From NCBI GenBank assembly GCA_951406725.2, contig OX597816.1:102920001-102984000 (forward strand): a stretch of DNA of 64,000 bases, written 5' to 3'. This document shows positions 54,440-64,000 of the stretch, piece after piece. Numbering within the stretch: the stretch's first letter is position 1; each line of letters begins with the position of its first letter. A program made the position numbers and the translations under genes. This stretch comes from Octopus vulgaris. Taxonomy: Eukaryota. The notes beneath the pieces are model-generated. The model was not told the DNA's origin. It saw nothing but the letters and a program-made list of their open reading frames with translations, and searched no databases.

Positions 54440-54702
54440 GTCATCCCAAAAGTTCTGTCCAATTTTACCTTTTTTAAAATTGAATGAAATTTAATTGTAT
54501 TTTAGAATGTCTATTTGAATTTAAAATTATTTTTATGCACTTGTGTACATTTAAACTAATTAAATATTATTTTACAGAGTACTAGAATTAAAATGTCTTT
54601 GATTAAAACCCTTTCTAACATGGAAGTATCCAAGATATTTAAGGCTCATAATGCTTTATGAGTACAAAAATGGAAACTCTGCAGCCGAGGCGACTTGAAA
54701 CA
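54435..54702 (+). mobile_element. Mariner 5' end with TIR
   Basis: TA|TCAGGTCATCCC TIR-like start (similar at about 63407) and N-terminal peptide MEVSK..LRLIMLYEYKNGNSAAEAT*NI. Confidence 0.8.
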
Positions 54703-54739
54703 TACATACATGCATACACACATATAGTGTGTATGCATA

Positions 54740-54810
<71 letters not shown>

Positions 54811-54837
54811 ATATATATATATATATATATATATGAA

Positions 54838-55909
54838 TTAATAAATAAAATATATGCATACATACATACATATATGTACGTACCTACATCTACATGTATA
54901 TATACATGCATATAGAAATATATATATGTGAGTACAGGACACCACAAATAGACGTAGAACTCAACGAGAAACGAAGACGCAAAAACAAACATGGAAACGG
55001 ACTTTTTAACAACGAAAAAACAGAGTACAAGACAAACAATACAAGGAACATTCCCCTTCATCAGCTGTCCCTAGTTCGACTCCATGTGTGTTTCGAAGGT
55101 AAGGACAGAACACGACTCGTCGAACTAGCCCCTCCTGCGAAAGAATTAAATAAAATTCCTTTGCAGAGGGGTAAAAACAAGGAAAGAAAAAAATGTGACA
55201 AAAACAGGACGTAAAAACAAATAAAAAACAAATACAAAATAGAAATACAAATACAAAAAAGACAGTACAAGTAAAGAATAAAAACAGGACAAGGAAACAA
55301 ACATTGAGGGCCTTTTTTTAGCCTAGACGATGGAAAAATTCAATAGCGCAGGAAAAAAGCATGTTCACTTGTAGGAGGCCGCCAGCGAAAGGAAGTGGTC
55401 GACTCGGCTGTGTGAGAGATGAGGAGGAGTGAGAGAGAGAGAGAGATATTGAGGAAAGGAAACCAGAAAGGGTGAAAAATAAGGAGGAGGAGGAAGACAG
55501 ACAGGAAGGAAGGGAAGATCAAGCAAAGGGTTACAGAGTTTCGCGTCATAATTATATATAAAAACTTACTTGGAGAACAGAAAATAAACGAAACGACGCG
55601 AGGGCGCTCAGTCATGCAATACATTAATAAATAAAATATATGCTTACATGCATCTGTTCTCCAAGTAAGTTTTTATATATAATTATGACGCGAAACTCTG
55701 TAACCCTTTGCTTGACCGTTTCTCGTTGAGGTCTACGTCTATTTGTGGTGTCCTGTACTCACATATATATATTTATATATGCATGTATATATACATGTAG
55801 ATGTAGGTACGTACATATGTGTATGTATGTATGCATATATTTTATTTAATAATTTATTGCATGACTGAGCGCCCTCGCGTCGTTTCGTTTCTTTTCTGTT
55901 CTCCAAGTA

Positions 55910-55915
<6 letters not shown>
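54838..55915. mobile_element. Probable PLE terminal-repeat remnant with partial-tandem plus inverted arrangement
   Basis: 54838-54973 is inverted at 55717-55848, 55519-55582 is inverted at 55653-55715, and 55556-55621 is inverted at about 55855-55918. The start of the first block recurs directly at 55624-55643. Confidence 0.65.
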
Positions 55916-56006
<91 letters not shown>

Positions 56007-56034
56007 ATATAGATAATATATACGTGTGTATGTA

Positions 56035-56097
<63 letters not shown>

Positions 56098-56098
56098 A

Positions 56099-56130
<32 letters not shown>

Positions 56131-56157
56131 TGTGTGTGTGAGTATGTATCTAGGTAT

Positions 56158-57030
56158 AGTATGTGATCAGGTTAAATTTGACAGTTTGCATAAAAGGAAT
56201 AGAAAACACAATATCCCATCAAAAAAAGACAGGTATTTTAAAACATCGAAAAATATCGACTAGATTATGACTGGGAGATAACAGCTTTTACCACGTCCTG
56301 AAACGGCTCTGGAATCTGGTACATGCGTTCCTCATTCTGTTCCTGGAAACATCTTCAAAGACCGCCTTGATCTTGGCTATCAGCTCGGCCTCGATATTTG
56401 AGGCAGAGACATTGGTGTCTACTCAACGACGCCTTACACATAGCAATCCAACTGGGGGAATTAGGAGGCCAGAGATTGGGACTGGTAAAATCATGGAAAT
56501 TTTCCGACACCCACTTCGGACTCTTTCCAGAGGTAAGGCAAGGAGCCGAATCCTGCCACAACACATATGATCTTCCAATAGCAGCTCTATCCAGCCAGGG
56601 ATTGACCACAGACTCCAGTAATTTCACATAGTTGTCTGAACTGAGCCCAAGGCACTTTTCAAACGTGTAAGGATGAATTGCAACGTGCAGCTTCTGTCAG
56701 ATGCCTACTGTGTCCTTTCCTGCTGGCTACGGCATGGTAGTCTCCGTTGCAGCTGCATGTCACATGTCACATCTTACAGCTTTTACAGTGTTCACAGAGC
56801 ATTGAACAGCAGTAATGGTCTCGGCATTTTGATACTCGATGTGAATAATCATGGTACAGGTAACTCTTCCAATATTCAGATGGCTTCCAAAACTCCGTGT
56901 CAGCTAACTTATTCCCAACTACAAATTTAATCTTCAAGCTCTCTAACATCATTGACTGTTCACCAATACATCAAGGTGTACCTGAAAGAAAGGAGACATA
57001 AAATATCGTCAAATTTAGGCGAAGACCTTG
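56158..57030 (-). mobile_element. Tc1/mariner superfamily (maT/DD37D-like) deleted transposon
   Basis: WQDSAPCLTS...WPPNSP transposase motifs (56355-56627). Degenerate TIRs contain TAAATTTGAC at both ends. Confidence 0.8.
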
Positions 57031-57215
57031 AGTGTGTGCGTGTTTGTGTGTGTGTGCATGTGTGTGTGTGTGTGTGTTTATGCACACATATCGATTAAAT
57101 GGGTAGTATAGTCTCTGTCTCTTACTCGCTGCCTCTCTTACACGCATACACACACACGGACATACACACATTCATTCATACACACATACACAAAGCCTAT
57201 CCAAACTTCGTTAGG

Positions 57216-57296
<81 letters not shown>

Positions 57297-57752
57297 AATG
57301 CCTTAATATCTATATATGTTTGTGTATATATATATATATATTTATGTATATATATGTGTATATATATACATATTTAAATCTATCTATCTATCTATATATA
57401 TATATACATACAAATATATATACATATGTGTGTGTGTGTATCTAGTTCTATGGGTGTGTGAGCGCTCGTTTGCTTGTGTGAGCATTTTTGCGTATGTGTG
57501 CGTGTGTGTGTGTGTTTGCAAAAAAATTAAATAAAATTATATATGCATGCATGTGCAAAATGCTTGTCAGAATAGCTTTAATAAAATGTCCCGCCATTGC
57601 ATGAGTGATCAAAAGGATCTTTGAAGACCTGGGACCTCACACAATTCTCAAAACGTTTTCCTAGCTATTCTTTTTCAACATTTACCTCCCGACTCACTTC
57701 TAAATTCATCTACCTCTGTCTTTATATACACATATATTCATACATAAAAGTG

Positions 57753-57837
<85 letters not shown>

Positions 57838-58260
57838 GCCTGTCTGTCTATCTAACTAGCTGCCTATCTAACTATTTTTCATGCGACAAAGATTAAATCG
57901 CATTTCAATGTCTTTTTAAAGACTGTGCATATACATACATACGTACATACATACATACATACATACATACATACATACGTACGTACGTACATACATACAT
58001 ACATGCATACGTACCTCAACATATTAGCATGCATATAATTATGTATACATATATATGTGTTTGTGTGTGTGTACATATATGCCTGTATGTGTTTATGTAT
58101 GTATATTTCATATATGCTTGTATATATGTGTGCTTCTATGTGTATATATTACATATATTTAGCTTTATATATACATGTAAATTATATAAATACCTAAATA
58201 TGAATATGTGTATATAAATATATAAATATATATGAATAAATGAATAAATACATACATGCA

Positions 58261-58298
<38 letters not shown>

Positions 58299-59192
58299 TA
58301 TAGATTTTCTCATATATATATATAAAGATGTATACCGTATACATTGATATTAAAATTTGTTCAGAACTGCTTATTCGTTTTTTCATCCGTAATTGTTGCC
58401 ATAGAAATATATACGCTTGTGGTGCGAAAGGTTGTGGCGGTAATATGTCTTTTTCTTTGTATATCTATATTATAAGATGCACAAGTGCAAGCTACAAAAT
58501 TTAATATTTGACAAAGTACTTTTCAAATCGTCAATTAATATATATCATGAAAAGATTTGCGGTATTATTTCTTATGAAGTTTAGTTTTCATATACATACA
58601 TACATACATACATACATACATACATACATACATACATACATACATACATACATACATACATACATTCATACATACATACACAGACATGTATGTATATATG
58701 CGTGTTTGAATGAATGTCTATATATATATATGTGTGTGTGTATGTGTGTATGTGCTTGTGTGCGCGCGTGTGTATGACTGTGTATGTGTATGCGTGTATA
58801 TGTATATATATTTATATATACACACATGCTCATATATATACATACAAATATATATATATACATATACATATATATATATATGCATAAATGCATTCATACG
58901 TATACTTGTTTAGATGTGTGTCCGTATATACGCGTATGTGTATAAATATGTATTTGTATGTGCATACGTGTGTACGCTTTTGAAGTATTTCTTTTGAAAT
59001 GGTCTAAGAAGCACTAGCAATGATGAATGTCAAGTTTTCTTGATATCACTTGGACAGTGGCTTTTGTTTGTCGTTAAATACATAGAAATGCGCGCGTACG
59101 TCTGCGTCTTCACGGTCTTATTGATCCGCACATATATACGTACATACAAACATGCATACACATATTCATGCACACACACACACACACAACAC

Positions 59193-59264
<72 letters not shown>

Positions 59265-60741
59265 CTGAAAAATTACTTGGCTCACAATGATTGTTTGGAT
59301 GTGTTTTCTAAGAAAGCATTGCGTTACATAACGCAGTGCACCGAGAGTTATGGTTATGAATAAGAATCTGCACTCAGGTTATAAAATCTGTTGTCTTAAC
59401 GTTGTTGACTGTGTTTCCTCATCCACTGGATCATTAAACCAGCATTTCACAACTGTTCCCTGTCCATACTTCAACGGCGATTCATAAGTAACTTGATCTC
59501 TTGTTGCTTGGGACAGTGTGAAGGATTCATTTGACATACTAGTAAAAGAAGCCAAATCTTACTCAAACCACATTATATCAAATCAATGTGTTCTCAGCCA
59601 CTGGCTTTTTTTTTTTTAAACCAGCCATTCTGAACTGTTCCTAAGCTATAGTTCCGCAACGGTGCATATGAGTCAATATATATATTTCCCCCCTCGCCAA
59701 CGAAGAAGTCTTCTTAACAGTCACGTAACCGATGAGAAATATTTGCCAAATCTCCCTCAACTCTTGTTATTTCATTGTGAATTCTCTCACTTATCGGATC
59801 ATTAGAGCTGCCATGCTTAAAGTCTTACACAAAGCGAACACAATGGACAGTATAGGTCTTACATACATATAACTAACGGCATGGTCATGCTGGAAAACCT
59901 CTCATCATAAGGTGACTCAGCCAAGTTTGACTCGGGTGAAACAACAACATTTGTTCTTAGTGTCAATACAAATTACCATGTCTGTTGTTTTTAGCCTATT
60001 TTAGTTTTGATTAAGACGTATGACCGAAGGCGCTCCAGTCGTAGTCATTCTGTTAAATGTGTATGTAGAGTGCGTTCAAGTCTTGAGAGAAAACTGACAA
60101 TTGTATCAATGATAGTCCGAGAGACCACGTGGAGTTTCCTTCGTTGGTTTACTGTTACATTTTGTTATTATATAATGTAAATACTCTACTTAACAGGATT
60201 GAAACATTACTCTATATCGTCTTTATTTACCAGAAATTTCGATTGGCTAATATTATTCGAATCAGCTACCTCACTTTTAGATTTTAAACTCATCCCAGGA
60301 AACAAGAATAGCTGCATGGTTATTCTTAGCGAACCCAAGTTTTCCAACTCACTTTATTACATATGTGAACGTCTACCATATGAGAATTTAGCGGAACATT
60401 ACCTCGAGTTACATCGTCTCAACTTTATTGCACATATATTACATGTATGTGTAGTTTTAAGTGCATGAGAAATGTAACTTATCCTGGAGAGGAAGTGTAT
60501 CTACCACAGGTAACATTCCCAGCTGATCTGGTGATACTTTTCCTACCGAGAGGAAGATGAGCTGAAGCAATGTAAAACAAAATATTCTTCCCAAAAACAC
60601 AATGGAGTCACTCTGTTGTGGATTTGAAGCCAATAGCAATCAGCTAATCGTCTAATATCATATCCACTCGATAGGCTTGCTTCTAAAATGTTGCATGGTC
60701 CTCAGGTAAATGTTTATTATTTGCTTCTTGTTCTAATAGAC

Positions 60742-61060
60742 GCGCGTGTGGCTGTGTGGTTAGAAGCTTGCTTCCCAACCACATAGTTCCCAACCACCTA
60801 GTGCCTTCTATTATAGCCTCGGGTCGACCAAAACCTTGTGAGTGGATTTGGTAGACGTAAATTGAAAGAAGTCCGTATATATATATATATATATATATGT
60901 TTGTGTGTCTGTGTTTGTCCCATTACCAGCACTTGAGAACCGATATTGGTGTGTTTACGTCCCCGTAACATAGCGGTTCGGCAAAATAGACCGATAGAAT
61001 AAGTACTAGGCTTACAAAGAATAAGTCCTAGGGTTAATTTGTTTGATTGGAGGCGGACCT
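60742..61060 (+). mobile_element. S2 SINE (B box/CORE part deleted)
   Basis: TGGCTGTGTGG A box. Body and 3' region match 13601-14023. Confidence 0.85.
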
Positions 61061-61244
61061 CCAATGACAAGATCATTAATAGAATTTTTGAAAGACTCTT
61101 AAAATGCCTTTCACACAATGCAGTGAGAATGAATTTGAGTAACTTTTAACATAATTTATTTTAAGGTATGGATGAATTAAGTTTAGTTGTAACCTCCCCA
61201 TTCTTATAAACATCAAGTAGCTGTTTAACACCCTTTGTGATTGT

Positions 61245-61368
61245 GAGTGCACCAAACCACACGTGTGCGTATGCTTACATTTTCGCTGATGCTAGTATGA
61301 GCGAGTGCACCAAACCACACGTGTGCGTATGCTTACATTTTCGCTGATGCTAGTATGAGCGAGTGCAC
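61245..61368. repeat. Perfect 58-bp tandem duplication
   Basis: 61245-61302 equals 61303-61360, followed by a third GAGTGCAC at 61361-61368. Confidence 0.95.
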
Positions 61369-61744
61369 TCGCGCCATGCAGCTTGCGTGAGGGTGTTTAT
61401 ACATCAATATTTGTTAACGGTTATTTTTAATACTTTTCTCGCTGTATTGCGTATTCGTTTCTCTTTCTGTCAGCTGTGATTTTATTTTTGATCTTCTAGA
61501 TAAATGAAGATATTTCCTTTTTGTTACTTTTCTTTCTACCAAAGGAGAAGATATATTGCGGAACTATCATTTTAACAAGTTGTGTCTATTTATCACGCCG
61601 GATTTCCAGAACCAGTTGTTAAGTGTCCCACCCGTAAGGGATCGATGCTAGATGTGTCGAAACAATTGTCGTGATTAATAGTAAATTCTCGTATATTCCA
61701 TTTTCCGCCTTTCATTTACCATATGTGTGTGTGTTTGCAACCCC

Positions 61745-61941
61745 CCCCCCCCTCCACACACACACCATCGTTTAACAACTGATGTTGGTGTGTTTACATC
61801 TCCGTAAGCTAGCGATTCGGCAAAAGAGACCGATGAAATAAGTACTAGGCTTACAAAGAATAAGTCTTGGTGTCGATTTGTTTGATGAAAGGCGGGGTTC
61901 AAGCATGGCCGCAGTCAAATGACTGAAACAAGTAAAAGAGT
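61745..61941 (+). mobile_element. 3' half of S2 SINE
   Basis: Ends CATGGCCGCAGTCAAATGACTGAAACAAGTAAAAGAG. Confidence 0.88.
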
Positions 61942-62829
61942 AATATTCTTTATACAAAATGGTGTAGTATTTTGCTAACCCTGATTGAGAAGACTTATGA
62001 CTAAAGGTATCTTGTTGGAAATCTTTCAGTCTTATTTTCAGGAGTATTGCATACTGGATCATATTATTCAAAGTATCATTCCATTTTTAGACAGAGAGAG
62101 AATTGGCGGCTATTTTTAACAGATCTGTCATTGTTTTGAGGTGTTTATATATTGTATATCCAGCGGTGGCTTCGGTACTATACTCAAAGTCATTGGCCGT
62201 TGAAGGTAGTAGAGGGTGTTACAGAGTCATGTGCCCACTAATGGACGGCGAGCCTTAGAAGAAGCAACCTAGTAGAAATAGCAGCAAAATCTTCCACAAA
62301 TCATATTTTATCGTTTTAAAAAATGATGGACATATATGATAATATAGTCTTATATAAACTATGCCTGAAATAAAAAAAAAAAGATATATGCCTAAATAAA
62401 GATGGAGTTGTCATGTCAGGGCTCTGTCCCTCATAGGTTTTGTTCGAACACTAAGAACCGGTTATTAAACCTCCTCCTCCCCTCCTCCCCTCCTCCTCCT
62501 CCTCCTCCTCATCATCCTTATCATCATCATCATCAACAACAACAGCTTAGCGTAGATAATTACATTGATTGAGTAGCTGATAATGAGCCGTGTGAGGTCG
62601 ACCATCAAAATTACTGCTCTGTGTCAGTAGTCAAATACGTTCACTGTCAATTGACTAGGCGTATTTAACCATAAATACATACTGTTTGTTAGAAACAGTA
62701 CACATTTTCCAAGAACTCCCATATTTTCCAGTGAACTGATATAATTAGTGTTTCTTTAAAAACAAATGCACGCCAGTTAACTCATTGTAAAACTTAGCAG
62801 CTATATTTGATTGCTATAATTAGGATATA

Positions 62830-63213
62830 TTCTTTTAGTTGTTTCAGTGATCTGGCTGCAGCCATGCTGGAGCACCGCCTTTAGTCGAACTAATCGACCC
62901 CAGGACTTATTCTTTGTAAGCCTAGTACTCATTCTATCGGCCTCTCTTTGCCGAACCGCTAAGTTACGGGGACGTAAACACACCAACATCGGTTGTCCAG
63001 TGATGGTGGGGTGACAAACACAGGCACACAAACATATAAACATATACACATATATGTATATACATATATACAACGGGCTTCTTTCAGTTTCCGTCTACCA
63101 AATCCACTCACAAGGCTTTGGTCGGCCCGAGGCTATAGTAGAAGACAGTGGGACTGACCCCGGAGCAATGTGGCTGGGGAGCGAGCATCTTACCACACAG
63201 CCTTCAGTGCGCC
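62830..63213 (-). mobile_element. S2 SINE
   Basis: Highly similar to 13601-14023, with the CORE segment deleted. Confidence 0.9.
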
Positions 63214-63370
63214 TGTAAAAAAGCTGCGACCACGACGATGTGTGTATAAATCTTCAAGATTGGAGGGTACAATAAACTATCGTACAAAATACAGGACACA
63301 TAAATATACTCATAGATTGTCACTAGTAATTGACTATGTCCATTCCGAATGGTATAGTGGTACAGAATAT

Positions 63371-63410
<40 letters not shown>

Positions 63411-63546
63411 TCATCCCATAAATAATGCGCGTTTTTTATGCTTCTTTTATTTTTCAAAATTAAAGTTCTTTTGTAATCTAAGATATTCTCTCCTTTGTTT
63501 CTGGGAGAACACGATAACAATAATAATAATAATAATAATAATGATA

Positions 63547-63989
63547 ACACACAGATAGAGAAATTAAGGCCAACAGACCAGATATAGTTGTCAGAGATCA
63601 TGAAGAAAAAAAATGCTTTCTAATTGATGTATCAATACCGGCAGATGACAATGCGTCTCTAAAAGAAATGGAGAAACTCTCAAAATACAAAGACCTGGAA
63701 ATAGAGGTAACTAGAATGTGGAATCTGAAAACAGAAACAATTCCTATCATAGTAGGTGCATTAGGCATGATAAAAAAATATTCAGACAAATACATAACAA
63801 AAACACCAGGACTTACAAACACATATAACATACAGAAAATTGCACTACTAGGCACTGCACACATCCTACGCAGAACACTTTCCATACAATAACCATCAGA
63901 GCATCACAACAAATCACAGCACATACCCAAGGCACACAGAGCTGCGCTCGGTAGTGAAGTGAAAGCACGCTATAAAAATAAAATTACTG
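63547..63989 (+). mobile_element. R4/Dong-clade RLE 3' fragment, subfamily C (young)
   Basis: RPDIVVRD...LIDVSIP...KLSKYKDLEIEVTRMW...HILRRTLSIQ*. (TAA)n on both sides. Near-identical to 9064-9505. Confidence 0.95.
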
Positions 63990-64000
63990 AATAATAATAA

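Noticed and set aside
55050-55110. CUGAUGA and CGAAA boxes on the minus strand
   Set aside because: The boxes are in permuted order and stems I and III could not be formed consistently, so it is not called a hammerhead.

Overview
AT-rich, microsatellite-saturated eukaryotic non-coding DNA with no recognisable host gene, rRNA, true tRNA or CRISPR array. The SINE families and repeat landscape look like a coleoid cephalopod, probably Octopus (inference from recalled family resemblance, not a search). Nearly all ORFs in the track are translations of (TA)n/(TACA)n/(TAA)n repeats. The real content is transposable elements: (1) R4/Dong-clade restriction-like-endonuclease (RLE) non-LTR retrotransposons of several subfamilies sitting in (TAA)n tracts, including a head-to-tail array at 4.8-11.2 kb and a near full-length but frameshifted copy at 41255-45362; (2) CR1-like, RTE/BovB-like and L1/Tx1-like LINE remnants; (3) Penelope-like element remnants and several minimal hammerhead ribozyme motifs; (4) three tRNA-derived SINE families; (5) two non-autonomous Helitrons, mariner, maT and hAT remnants, and MITEs; (6) several fold-back palindromes. 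The most interesting signals are a 3'-UTR RNA structure conserved by covariation across three divergent Dong subfamilies, a set of minimal hammerheads including an intact U3-A8 compensatory variant, a 3' stem-loop shared by a SINE and CR1-like LINEs, a TAA-embedded non-coding element, and a microhomology-flanked templated insertion inside the young Dong copy. All alignments, folds and translations were done by eye, so boundaries of decayed elements are approximate.
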